From assembly GCA_963700315.1 (NCBI GenBank), contig CAVOXC010000001.1:397809-461808 (forward strand): a stretch of DNA of 64,000 nt, written 5' to 3'. Source of the stretch: an uncultured Acidobacteriota bacterium (GTDB lineage: Bacteria > Acidobacteriota > Thermoanaerobaculia > Multivoradales > JAGPDF01). Both the position numbers and the translations under genes were made by a program. Shown here piece after piece: positions 47,650 through 56,994 of the stretch (position 1 is the stretch's first letter; each line of letters opens with the position of its first letter). The notes beneath the pieces were generated by a model. The model ran no database searches and had not been told where the DNA came from. It saw only the letters and a list, made by a program, of their open reading frames with translations.

Positions 47650-48378
47650 GTGAACCTCTGGTACGGCGCGAAGCAGGCGCTCAAGAACAACTCGCTGCGG
47701 ATCGGCGAGAAGAAGATCACCGCCTTCATCGGCCCGTCCGGTTGCGGCAAGTCGACGCTGCTGCGCTGCATCAACCGGCTCAACGATCTCATCGACAGCG
47801 TCCGCATCGAGGGCGAGATCCGCTTCGAGGGACGCAACATCTACGACCCCGACATCGACGTCAACGCGCTGCGCAAGCGCGTCGGCATGGTCTTCCAGAA
47901 GTCCAACCCCTTCCCCAAGTCGATCTACGAGAACATCGCCTACGGCTGCCGCATCCAGGGGATCAACAAGAAGAGCGTGCTCGACGAGATCGTCGAGCGG
48001 AGCCTGCGCAGCGCTGCGATCTGGGACGAGGTCAAGGACCGCCTCGACGAGTCGGCGCTCGGCCTGTCGGGCGGCCAGCAGCAGCGCCTGTGCATCGCGC
48101 GTGCGATCGCCGTCGAGCCCGAGGTGATCCTGCTCGACGAGCCCTGCTCGGCCCTCGATCCGATCGCCACCGCGAAGATCGAGGAGCTGATGAAGGATCT
48201 GAAGCGCGACTACACGTTGGTCATCGTCACCCACAACATGCAGCAGGCGTCGCGCGTCAGCGACTACACGGCGTTCCTCTACCTCGGCGAGATCATCGAG
48301 TACGGCGAGACCGAGAAGATCTTCCTGAAGCCGATGAAACAACAGACCGAGGACTACATCACCGGCCGCTTCGGCTAA
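47650..48378 (+). CDS. pstB: phosphate ABC transporter ATP-binding protein (N-terminus probably disrupted)
   Basis: Contains Walker [10 protein letters not shown], signature LSGGQQQR and Walker [12 protein letters not shown]. The frame is open upstream to 47563 with no ATG. ATG 47562 (TGATG overlap with pstA) is in another frame, which suggests a shift near 47590-47600. The fallback start is GTG 47650. Confidence 0.88.
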   Translation: MNLWYGAKQALKNNSLRIGEKKITAFIGPSGCGKSTLLRCINRLNDLIDSVRIEGEIRFEGRNIYDPDIDVNALRKRVGMVFQKSNPFPKSIYENIAYGCRIQGINKKSVLDEIVERSLRSAAIWDEVKDRLDESALGLSGGQQQRLCIARAIAVEPEVILLDEPCSALDPIATAKIEELMKDLKRDYTLVIVTHNMQQASRVSDYTAFLYLGEIIEYGETEKIFLKPMKQQTEDYITGRFG

Positions 48379-48385
48379 TGACGGC

Positions 48386-49774
48386 TCAGCGCGAGTCGAG
48401 CGCCTCGAGCATCTCGGCGACACGCGCCAACTTCATGCGCGGCCGGCCGCTCGTCGCGCCCCGCTGTTTCTCGATAGCGTCGAGCCGCTGCCAGTCGGCG
48501 TAGTCGACGACACGCGCGCCCCGTTCGGCCAGCAGGGCGTCGACCGCCGCCGGTGCCGGCTCCGGGGCCGGTTCGAGCCCGGCGCAATCCTCCAGCAACT
48601 TCGCCGCCGTCTCGGCGCCGTCGGGCTTGTTGCTGCCGATCAATCCGGTAGGCCCGCGCTTGATCCAGCCCGCGACGTAGAGCCGCGGCAGCACGGTGTC
48701 GCTCGCGGGGTCGAGGATCCGTCCCGCTCGATTGGGAATCACGCCGCGCCAGTCGTCGAACGGCAATTCCGGCAGGGGCAGCGAGCGGTAGCCGACCGCG
48801 CGGACCACCAAGCCGACCGGAATCGTCTCGTGCTCCCCGGTGCTACGCGCCGCGAGGCCACCGCCCCGCGGCTCCAGGCGGTTGCGCTCGAGCCGCAGGC
48901 CCGAGACTCGCCCGCCTTCTCCCTCGATCTCGACCGGCGAAACCAGGAAACGGAAGTGGATGCGTCGCTCGGCGCCGGAGCGACCCCGTTCGGCCGCCGC
49001 GCGAAAGAGGGCGAGGTTCTTCTGAGCCTGCGGATCGCCGGCGAGCTCGGCCTCGCTTCCCGGGTCGAGCTCGAGCTCGGCGGGATCGACGACGAGATCG
49101 ACGTCCTCGAGCTCGGCGATCTCCTTGAGCTCCGCCGGCGAGCACTTCGCCTGGACGGGGCCGCGACGCGCCAGGACGAAGACGTCGCGGATCGCGCTCC
49201 GCCGCAACAGCGCGAGCGCGTCGTCAGAGATGTCGGTCGTCGCGAGCTCCTCCGGGTTGCGCGCGAGAATCCGCCCCACGTCCATGGCGACGTTGCCCAC
49301 GCCGACGACCGCGGCGGCCGTGCAGCCGAGATCGACGTCGAGGTCGAGGAAATCGGGATGGCAGCTATACCAAGCGACGAACGCCGTCGAGGAATGGCTC
49401 CCCGCGAAGTCCTCCCCCGGCACACCGAGTCGGCGGTCGCTCTGTCCGCCGACGGCGAAGACGACTTGGTCGTAGTGCCGCAGCAGATCGGCGAGCGTGA
49501 GGTCGCGCCCGTACTCGACGTTGCCGAGATAGCGCACCCGCGAGTCGAGCGCGAGACGATCGAACACGCGCGCGACTTCCTTGATCTTGGGATGATCCGG
49601 GGCGACGCCGTAGCGCACCAGGCCGAAGGGAGCGGGCAGACGATCGATCAGATCGATCGAGACAGTGAGGTCCTTGCGCGCCAGGAGCGCGGCGGCGGTG
49701 TAAAAGCCAGAGGGGCCGGCGCCGACGACGGCGACCCGCAACGGGCGAGACTCGTGTCCTATCGAATCGGGCAT
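48386..49774 (-). CDS. FprA/adrenodoxin-reductase-like NADPH:ferredoxin oxidoreductase
   Basis: Intact 462-aa ORF with the dinucleotide fold VAVVGAGPSGFY, then GLVRYGVAPDHPKIK and a second fold AAVVGVGNVAMDV. Confidence 0.8.
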   Translation of the reverse strand: MPDSIGHESRPLRVAVVGAGPSGFYTAAALLARKDLTVSIDLIDRLPAPFGLVRYGVAPDHPKIKEVARVFDRLALDSRVRYLGNVEYGRDLTLADLLRHYDQVVFAVGGQSDRRLGVPGEDFAGSHSSTAFVAWYSCHPDFLDLDVDLGCTAAAVVGVGNVAMDVGRILARNPEELATTDISDDALALLRRSAIRDVFVLARRGPVQAKCSPAELKEIAELEDVDLVVDPAELELDPGSEAELAGDPQAQKNLALFRAAAERGRSGAERRIHFRFLVSPVEIEGEGGRVSGLRLERNRLEPRGGGLAARSTGEHETIPVGLVVRAVGYRSLPLPELPFDDWRGVIPNRAGRILDPASDTVLPRLYVAGWIKRGPTGLIGSNKPDGAETAAKLLEDCAGLEPAPEPAPAAVDALLAERGARVVDYADWQRLDAIEKQRGATSGRPRMKLARVAEMLEALDSR

Positions 49775-49805
49775 GACGCTTCAGCCTACAACGTCGTCAT
49801 ACCGC

Positions 49806-50273
49806 CTACTCCTTGCTGAAGTCGTGGCGCATTCGGCCGAGCAGGCGATTGAGGACGTTGTCGCGGGAGAGAAAGGGAATCGTCGGCCGCCGGCGGACGC
49901 CGATCTCCTCGCGCACGCCACGCAGGCCGCGGTGATTTGGATCGAGCTTCAACCCCCGCGCGATCGCTCGCACCGCGCCGCGCCGGTCGTTGGCGAGCAG
50001 CCGCACGCGCGCCAGATTCCAGTGGTTGTCCGGCTCGTAGAACTGGACTTTGACCGCATGCTCGCAGAGCCGGAGCCCGTCACGGATCCGCCGTTGGCGT
50101 TTGGCGACACCGAAGCCGAGAAAGGAATAGGCAGTGCCGGGCATGTCCTTGCTGACGCCCTGGTCCTCGACGATCCGGCCCAGCAGCTGGATGCCGAGGT
50201 CCCAATCGCCCTTCTTGCAGAGCGCGATTCCCTCCTCGGCGAGCTCCTTCGCCTCGAAACTCCCGGTGGCCAT
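49806..50273 (-). CDS. small TPR-like repeat protein
   Basis: Intact 155-aa ORF with helical-repeat character (AEEGIALCKKGDWDLGIQLL..., NLARVRLLANDRRGAVRAIARGLKLDPN). Confidence 0.5.
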   Translation of the reverse strand: MATGSFEAKELAEEGIALCKKGDWDLGIQLLGRIVEDQGVSKDMPGTAYSFLGFGVAKRQRRIRDGLRLCEHAVKVQFYEPDNHWNLARVRLLANDRRGAVRAIARGLKLDPNHRGLRGVREEIGVRRRPTIPFLSRDNVLNRLLGRMRHDFSKE

Positions 50274-50324
50274 GGCTTCGCCATGCTACACTGACAAGAC
50301 GTCCGGGGAGCCCGTGCGCCCGAC

Positions 50325-52106
50325 ATGACCGACCCGAAAGCCGCCTCGCCCGATCTCGAGGAACTGGTCGCGCTCGCGCGGCGATTCGCCGATCGAAAAC
50401 TGTTCGACGAGGCCCTCGAGCTCTTTCAGCTCGCCCTGCGGCTCGACCCCAAGAACCTCGGCTCGCGGCTCGCGATCGCTCGGCTGCGCAAGCTCCAGCG
50501 GGTCCAATCGCGGCGGCGTGAGGTACGGAATCCGGTCGAAGCGGCGCGCAACGAGATGCGGCGCAACACCATCGACGCGTCGCATTTCGTCGGTTTGGCT
50601 TGGCTCTACGCCGAGAAGGGCGAGGAGTTTCGCGCCCTCGAGTGCCTGGAGATCGCCCGCGCCAAGGACCCGATCGCTCCCGCCAATCACAAACTGGCCG
50701 GACGGATCCACTATCGGCTCCAGGACTACGACACCGCGGCGGAGCACCTGCGGCGCGCGCTCCTCTACAACCCCTTCGACCGCGAGGCCGCCGAGCTGCT
50801 CGGACAGGTCGAGTACGAACGCAAGCAGTTCGAGAGCGGTCTCGCCGCCACCATCGACGCCTTCCTGCTCCTGCCGTCGACCGACGAGGAACGAGCGATC
50901 CGCCTGCGTCGCCGGATCCGCACGCTGCGGCATCTGCTCGGCTGGCAGGGGCAGGCGGTGATCGTGCTCTTCCGCGAGCGCGAAGAGAACCTGCACGTCG
51001 CCTTCGACCGCCTGGAGTGGCGCCGGGAACGCTTCCGCGGCGCAGAGGCGCTCAACGAGACCGCCACCGTCAGCTCGGCGGAGCTCCAGGGCCGGCTCTC
51101 TCTCGCTTCACGGCTGCGTCGCGCCGACGTCTGGGCTCACCTGACCGACGAACAGATCTTCAAACTCTCCTCGGTCGTCCACGAAGAGGAGCTCGAGCCT
51201 GGCGCCCTCGTCTTCGCGAACAACTCGGAGGGCAGCGACCTCTATTCCGTGGAAGAGGGCGAGATCTCGATCCAACGCCCTACACCCTACGGCACATTTC
51301 CGCTCGCGCTGCTCAAGGCCGGAGCGCTCTTCGGTGAGATCAATTTCATCTCACGTGGAGTGCGGACCGGCGACGCCCTGGTGCTCAAGCCGACCCGTCT
51401 GCTGCGCTTCGATGGCCCCGGCTTGGCCCGGTTGGCCGAAGGCTGGTCGGAGCTCGGGGTTCAGCTCTACTGGGGTTTGTGGCACGCCCTCGCGGCCAAG
51501 TTGCGGGCGACCAACGAGCAGTTGCGCACATTCTTCACCGCCGAGCAACAGCCGGAGAACTTCCTGCGGCTGCGGCGCGGCCGTGAAGCCGCGCAGCGCG
51601 CGAGCGAGCTCGCGACGGACGACAAGCTCCGCTTCCTGCAGGAGCAAGGGCTCTCGGGCAAGGAGCTGATGACGCTCGCGACCTTCTCGCGCGAGCTGCG
51701 CTTCGAGGCCGGCGCTGCGCTGTTCGAAGAGGGCGACGAAGGGCATGAGATGTACGTCGTGCTCGAGGGTAAGGTCCTGATCAGCAAGTACATCCCCGGT
51801 GCCGGGGAGGAGGCTCTGGCGATCCTCGAGCGCGGTGACTTCTTCGGCGAGATGTCGCTGATCGACGGCGAGCTGCGCTCGGCCGATGCCCGCGCCCAGG
51901 GCGGGCCGCTCGCGGTGCTCGCGCTCGATCAGGGGACGATCCAGGAGATGCTCGCCCTCGACCCCGAGGCGTCGCTCGACTTCCTCCGCCTGCTCTGCCG
52001 CCTGATCGCCAAACGCCTGCGCGAGATCGACGAGAAGGTCGTGAGCTGGCGGATTCTCTCCGGCGAGCGCAACGACGGCGCCCCGACCAGCATCGCCTCG
52101 GCCTGA
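50325..52106 (+). CDS. TPR-repeat protein with two cyclic-nucleotide-binding domains
   Basis: Intact 593-aa ORF with N-terminal TPR-like repeats. The cNMP-binding signatures are GALFGEINFISRGVRTGDA and GDFFGEMSLIDGELRSADA. Confidence 0.75.
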   Translation: MTDPKAASPDLEELVALARRFADRKLFDEALELFQLALRLDPKNLGSRLAIARLRKLQRVQSRRREVRNPVEAARNEMRRNTIDASHFVGLAWLYAEKGEEFRALECLEIARAKDPIAPANHKLAGRIHYRLQDYDTAAEHLRRALLYNPFDREAAELLGQVEYERKQFESGLAATIDAFLLLPSTDEERAIRLRRRIRTLRHLLGWQGQAVIVLFREREENLHVAFDRLEWRRERFRGAEALNETATVSSAELQGRLSLASRLRRADVWAHLTDEQIFKLSSVVHEEELEPGALVFANNSEGSDLYSVEEGEISIQRPTPYGTFPLALLKAGALFGEINFISRGVRTGDALVLKPTRLLRFDGPGLARLAEGWSELGVQLYWGLWHALAAKLRATNEQLRTFFTAEQQPENFLRLRRGREAAQRASELATDDKLRFLQEQGLSGKELMTLATFSRELRFEAGAALFEEGDEGHEMYVVLEGKVLISKYIPGAGEEALAILERGDFFGEMSLIDGELRSADARAQGGPLAVLALDQGTIQEMLALDPEASLDFLRLLCRLIAKRLREIDEKVVSWRILSGERNDGAPTSIASA

Positions 52107-52131
52107 GTCGCCCTCACCCCCCGCGCTCTGA

Positions 52132-52413
52132 ACCGACGCCAGGGCCGGAGGCACTCACTCCGGAATCGCTCAACGGGAGGTCGGCGACGGCGTCCCACCA
52201 CCGGCCGATCCCGCCAATCCGATCACCCTGACGAACTCTGGCAGCTCGGTCAGCTGCCAGTTCCCCGACGCGGCAACACACCCTTTCTACTGCGGCAATC
52301 ACTTCGCATCTGGGATGTTCGGCGTGATCTTCGTGGCCCTCTTCGCCGACGGCTTCGAGGACGCCGACCTGTGCGACGAGAGCACCGTCTTGCCGGCCGA
52401 GACCTGCCCGTAG
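52132..52413 (+). pseudogene. cupredoxin (type 1 copper protein) remnant lacking start and signal peptide
   Basis: This is an open frame between TGA 52129-52131 and TAG 52411-52413. No plausible start codon occurs before the copper site. It encodes ...GGTHSG...HPFYCGNHFASGMFGVIFV (C-x2-H-x4-M ligand spacing). Confidence 0.55.
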
Positions 52414-52426
52414 CGGGTCGGCCTCC

Positions 52427-53653
52427 TCAGCCGGATGGCAGCCCCATCGTCACGCTGAATCGATCCGGGTCGAGGTGACGGCGGAGCGCCGCTGCGATCT
52501 GATCACGATCGAATCGGCCGATCTCGTCGCGGCGCGCCGACTCGTCGTCGAGCGGCAGCGCGAGCAGCGCCGCGTGGGCGGCGAGATCGGCCCACTGGCG
52601 CGCGGTCTCGCGGCGGAAGGGCTCGCGACCGAGCAGGTAGGCGCGCGCGTCGACGACCTCCTGCTCGGACGGCCCTTCCTCGGCGAACCGGCGCAGCTCC
52701 TCGATCACGACCCGCTGCGCCTGGTCGACCCGCTCGCGCGAAGTGCCGACGTAGGCCGCGAGCCGACCCGGGTCGCGCGCCGCGCCCCCAACTGTCTCCG
52801 CGGTTGCGGCATAGGCGAGACCCTCTTGCTCGCGCACGCGGTGCGGGATCCTGCCGGTGAGCCCGGCACCCGCCCCGAGCGCGACGCCGGCGAGCTCGAG
52901 CGCCGCGTAGTCGGGGTGCTGACGCGGCAAGGTGAGCTGACCGACGAATAGATGGGCCTGATCCCGCGCACGGGTCGACACTTCGCGGCGGCGCGCGGCG
53001 CGCTCCGGCGGCTCGGCCCGCGGCGGCGGCGGCGCTCCCAACGGCGGCAGGCGCGCGAAGAGCGCTGCCGCGGCCGTTCCGACTTCTGCTTCGTCGAGCG
53101 CTCCGGCCACCACGACAACACCGCCCCGCGCCAGCGCCTCGAGATGAAACGCCCGACAGCCGGCGACGTCGACGCGCGCGAGGCTCGCTGCGCTGCCTTG
53201 GAGCGGCCGCCCGCGGGCGTTCTCACCGTAGAGCAGCGCTGAGAACTCGAGGGCGGTCGCAAGGTCGGCCTGGTCGGCGAGCGACTCCAGCTCCGCGCCC
53301 GCCTGGCGCACCAAGAGCTCCAACCGATCGTCGGGAAACGACGGCTCGAAGAGCATCTCCGCGCCGAGCTCGAGCGCGCGGCGCCAGTCCGCCGCGAGCG
53401 CGTCGACGCCAATCCCGATCGAGTCGTACCCTCCGTAGGAGACGAGGCTGGCTCCCCGCGACTCGGCTGCAAGGGCGAGGGCGCGGTAGTCGCGACAGAC
53501 GGTCCCTTCGGCGAGCATCCGGCCGGCGAGCAGGGCGATCGCGGGCGCCGGCTCGACGCGCGCGCCGCCGGCGAGCGCGATCCGGACCGCGACCACCGGC
53601 GCGCCCTCGATGCGCCGGACGCGCACCGCGCTCGTCGCCGATCCGGAGCTCAC
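52427..53653 (-). CDS. M16 family peptidase-like protein lacking the HxxEH zinc motif (probable non-catalytic subunit)
   Basis: Intact 408-aa ORF with the M16 fold pattern. The position of the zinc motif reads LLAGRMLAEGT. The GTG start overlaps the upstream stop (GTGA). Confidence 0.75.
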   Translation of the reverse strand: MSSGSATSAVRVRRIEGAPVVAVRIALAGGARVEPAPAIALLAGRMLAEGTVCRDYRALALAAESRGASLVSYGGYDSIGIGVDALAADWRRALELGAEMLFEPSFPDDRLELLVRQAGAELESLADQADLATALEFSALLYGENARGRPLQGSAASLARVDVAGCRAFHLEALARGGVVVVAGALDEAEVGTAAAALFARLPPLGAPPPPRAEPPERAARRREVSTRARDQAHLFVGQLTLPRQHPDYAALELAGVALGAGAGLTGRIPHRVREQEGLAYAATAETVGGAARDPGRLAAYVGTSRERVDQAQRVVIEELRRFAEEGPSEQEVVDARAYLLGREPFRRETARQWADLAAHAALLALPLDDESARRDEIGRFDRDQIAAALRRHLDPDRFSVTMGLPSG

Positions 53654-54924
53654 GGTCCCGACTCGGGCAGAGAGACGCCAACCACGCCGCCCCGCTCGAG
53701 CTCGAGCCAGCGGCTCGCGGTCGCGGCGAGCTCGTCGGGCGCGGCTGCGAGCGCCCGCGCGAGCAGCCGCTCGGGCTGCGCGAGATCGAATTGCGCCAGG
53801 GCGGCGCCCACCGTCAACGCCTGCTGATGAATGCGCTCCTGTCCGTAGACCCAGTCGGCCTGAAAGACCCGGCGGACACGCTCGAGCTCGGCGTCTGCGA
53901 GCGGGCGCGAGCCGAGATCCGCAAGTGCGGCGCGCATCCGTTGCTCGACCTCGCCCAGCTCGACTCCGGGCAACAGCTCCGCGGCGAGCGTGAAGGTCGA
54001 GGCGGCGGTTCCTTCAGAGAGTCCCACGGCAACGGCGAGGCAGAGCTCCCCCTCCTCCACCAGCTCGCGCTGCAAACGGCTCGAGCGTCCCAGCCCGAGC
54101 GCCGCCGCGAGCAGCCGCAGATCGGCGTGGGCGCTGGCGTCGGCGGGCGGCGCCGGTATCGCGAGCAGCAGGCGGGCCACCTCGCCATGACGACGCTCGA
54201 TCCGGACCTCGTGCCCGGGCCCGGCCGGCGGCGCCAGTGTCGCGCGTTCGCCGCCCAGGGCCGGAGACGAATCGAACGCTTCGCGCGCTCGCTCGCGGGC
54301 GCCGTCGTTCAGGTCGCCCGCGAGCACGAGCACCGCGTGCTCCGGACGGTAGTGGCGCGCGTGGAACTCCGCGAGCTCGTCGCGGCCGATCGCGCCGAGC
54401 CCGCCCGGTGTGCCGAGCACGGAGCGGCCGTAGGGGTGCTCGCCCCAGAGCGCGGCGAAGGTCTCGAGCTCGAGAGCATCCCAGGGGTCGTCGCGATACA
54501 TCGCGATCTCTTCGATGATCACTTTCCGCTCGCTCGCGACCTCCTCCGGATCGAGCGTCAAGGCGCTCATCCGGTCCGCTTCGATCTCGAGCGCCACCGG
54601 CCAGCGGTCCGCCGCGAAGGTGAAGTAATAGGCGGTCAGATCGTGGCTGGTGAAGGCGTTGTTGCTGCCGCCGAGCGCCTGGGTCAGGCGATCGATCTCG
54701 CCCGGCCCGTAGCGCGCCGAGCCCTTGAACATCATGTGCTCGAGAAAATGGGCGAGGCCGCCCAGACCGGGAGCTTCGTCCCGGCAGCCGGCGCGGTAGA
54801 AGAGCGCCGTCGAGACGAGCGGCGCCTGGGGGTTGCGAGCCAGGCAGAGGGTCAGGCCGCTCTCGAGGCGGCTGACCTCGATCTCGCCGGCGAGGGCCGG
54901 CGGCTGCGCCGCGGCGGTCGCCAT
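53650..54924 (-). CDS. M16 family zinc peptidase (catalytic subunit)
   Basis: ATG 54924 starts the gene. The inverted zinc motif is GLAHFLEHMMFKG, followed by the downstream ERKVIIEEI glutamate. The ORF-track extension to 55848 is read-through into the kinase gene's antisense. Confidence 0.85.
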   Translation of the reverse strand: MATAAAQPPALAGEIEVSRLESGLTLCLARNPQAPLVSTALFYRAGCRDEAPGLGGLAHFLEHMMFKGSARYGPGEIDRLTQALGGSNNAFTSHDLTAYYFTFAADRWPVALEIEADRMSALTLDPEEVASERKVIIEEIAMYRDDPWDALELETFAALWGEHPYGRSVLGTPGGLGAIGRDELAEFHARHYRPEHAVLVLAGDLNDGARERAREAFDSSPALGGERATLAPPAGPGHEVRIERRHGEVARLLLAIPAPPADASAHADLRLLAAALGLGRSSRLQRELVEEGELCLAVAVGLSEGTAASTFTLAAELLPGVELGEVEQRMRAALADLGSRPLADAELERVRRVFQADWVYGQERIHQQALTVGAALAQFDLAQPERLLARALAAAPDELAATASRWLELERGGVVGVSLPESGP

Positions 54925-54929
54925 GCGGC

Positions 54930-56672
54930 TCAGCGCCTGCCGGGACGGCGGCGGCGCTTGCCGTCCTCCTTGAGGTCGAGCCGGATCGACGTCGGCGCGG
55001 CACTTCCCTGGCTGGCGGTCACGCGGATGACGTACAGCCGACCGTCGGTAATGACTCGGACCAGGTGGGTGCCTGGACGCGGCAGGTCGTAGGCCCGCCC
55101 CTTGCGCTTGCTGGCGTCCCATTCCCCAGCGCGGCCGATGACGATCCGGCCGACGCGGATGATCGCGTCCTCCGGCTCGATCTCGAACGACAGCGACATG
55201 CCGGTCGCCATCTCGCGGTCGATGAACGGCGCCGGCTCGTCGGTCGCCTCGGGCTCCGGCGTCGGTGGCGGCGTCGGCTCGGGGGTCGGGACGGCCGTAG
55301 GCCGGACGGGATGCGCGGTCGGCGTCGGCAGGGCGCTCGGTACCGGAGTCGTCGCCGCAGTCGCGCTCGCGAGCGCGCTCGGCGCGGGAGTGGGGGTCGG
55401 CGCCGGCACCGGGGGCTCGCCCTCGGGCTGCTGCAACGGGGAGCCGCTCGTCGGCGACGACACTGCCGTGCGCTCCGGGCGAGGTGTCGCCGTCACCGCC
55501 ACCGGGGTCGACTCGGCCACGCGGGCGCCCGGCACCGAGCGTCGGGCGATCTGTCGGGCGACGACAAAGCCGACAAGCGCCAACAGGACGACCGCGAGCC
55601 CGGCCGCGACGATCCAGCCGAGCCGGCTCGGCCGCTCGACCGCGCTCGAGCCCGAGGCCACGGCCGACGAGGTCGCCGGCGGCGGCGGATGGGGCGGCGG
55701 CGAGGCGGGCGGGCGGGCTTGAACCCGGGTCGCGGCCGTCGCCAGGTCGAGCGCCGGCGTCCCGTCGAGCATGCGCGTCGTCTCGAGCTCGCCGGTCTTG
55801 GGTCGGGCGTCGGCGGCGAGCCGGCCGGGGGCGAGCTCGCCCTCGCACACGTCGATCTCGTCGGCGAGCTCGCGTGCGGTCGAGAATCGCTCGTCCCGGT
55901 TCTTGTGCAGCATCCGGCGCACGAGCGCCTCGACCCGGCGGCCGAGATCGGGTCGGGCGACGACGAGCGCGGTCGGCTCATGGTGCAGGATCTTGTAGAC
56001 GAGGGTGGTGAGAGTGTCCCCCTCGAAGGGCCGCTTGCGACAGAGCATCTCGTAGAGCAGGACCCCGAGCGAGAAGATGTCGCTGCGGCCGTCGAGCTCT
56101 TCGCCCCGGATCTGCTCGGGCGAGAGGTAGTGGGGGCTGCCCACCACCGAACCGGTCATGGTCAGGTCCGCGCTCTGATCGGCGACCTTGGCGATGCCGA
56201 AGTCGGCGATCTTGACCTCGCCCGCCGCGGTGATCATCAAGTTGCTCGGCTTGATGTCGCGATGGACGACGCCTTGACGATGGGCGGCGTCGAGCCCCAC
56301 TGCGGTCTGGCGCACGATCGCCAGCGCCTCGCCCAGCGACAGCGGCGGGCCGACCGCCAGCCGCTCGGAAAGATCGGACCCGTCGACCCACTCGAACGCG
56401 AGGTAGAGGACGCCCTGGTCCTCGCCCGCATCGAAGAGCGTCACGATGTTGCTGTGCAGGAGCCGGCCGGCCGCGCGCGCTTCCCGCAACAGCCTGCGCT
56501 TGCGCTCCTCGATCTCGTGCGGCCGCCCCTCCTCGATTCGCACGGTCTTGATCGCGACCTTGCGACCGATCTGCGGGTCCTCGGCGAGGTAGACCTCACC
56601 CATCGCGCCGACGCCGAGCAGGCGCTCGATCTCGTAACGTCCGAGCCGGCTTCCGGGCGCGAGTCGAGCCAT
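54930..56672 (-). CDS. Ser/Thr protein kinase with TM segment, Pro/Thr-rich linker and small C-terminal extracytoplasmic domain
   Basis: ATG 56672 starts the gene. Kinase motifs are GVGAMGEVYLA, VAIK, HRDIKPSN, DFG and SPEQ. The TM segment is WIVAAGLAVVLLALVGFVVA and the linker reads PTPTPAPS...PEPTPPPTPEPE. Confidence 0.88.
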   Translation of the reverse strand: MARLAPGSRLGRYEIERLLGVGAMGEVYLAEDPQIGRKVAIKTVRIEEGRPHEIEERKRRLLREARAAGRLLHSNIVTLFDAGEDQGVLYLAFEWVDGSDLSERLAVGPPLSLGEALAIVRQTAVGLDAAHRQGVVHRDIKPSNLMITAAGEVKIADFGIAKVADQSADLTMTGSVVGSPHYLSPEQIRGEELDGRSDIFSLGVLLYEMLCRKRPFEGDTLTTLVYKILHHEPTALVVARPDLGRRVEALVRRMLHKNRDERFSTARELADEIDVCEGELAPGRLAADARPKTGELETTRMLDGTPALDLATAATRVQARPPASPPPHPPPPATSSAVASGSSAVERPSRLGWIVAAGLAVVLLALVGFVVARQIARRSVPGARVAESTPVAVTATPRPERTAVSSPTSGSPLQQPEGEPPVPAPTPTPAPSALASATAATTPVPSALPTPTAHPVRPTAVPTPEPTPPPTPEPEATDEPAPFIDREMATGMSLSFEIEPEDAIIRVGRIVIGRAGEWDASKRKGRAYDLPRPGTHLVRVITDGRLYVIRVTASQGSAAPTSIRLDLKEDGKRRRRPGRR

Positions 56673-56676
56673 CGGT

Positions 56677-56940
56677 TCAGGTGGACGGAGTCCCGCCCTC
56701 CGACTCCTCCGGCTCCGCCGCCGGAGCGTCCTCGCGCTCCTCGAGCAGAGCCCGGGCGCGCTCGAGATCCTCGCCTCGAACCCTGACACGGACTTCGCCC
56801 AGCCGGCCGAAATTCACCGGCTCCTGGTGAAAGAGCAGCGATTCGACGTTGGCCGGGATCCCCTCGGCTTCGAGGAATCCGGCGATCAGCGAAGCCTCTT
56901 CCTCGGTTCCGACCGTCTCGACGATGTCCCAGTCTTCCAT
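56677..56940 (-). CDS. DUF2007-like small protein
   Basis: The 87-aa product contains EEEASLIAGFLEAEGIPANVE...VRVRVRGEDLERARALL. It ends 5 nt before the kinase start. Confidence 0.6.
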   Translation of the reverse strand: MEDWDIVETVGTEEEASLIAGFLEAEGIPANVESLLFHQEPVNFGRLGEVRVRVRGEDLERARALLEEREDAPAAEPEESEGGTPST

Positions 56941-56994
56941 GGCGCAGCGATGATACCCCGCGCCGGGGACCGTGCAGTCGAAGTGGATGGCGGC

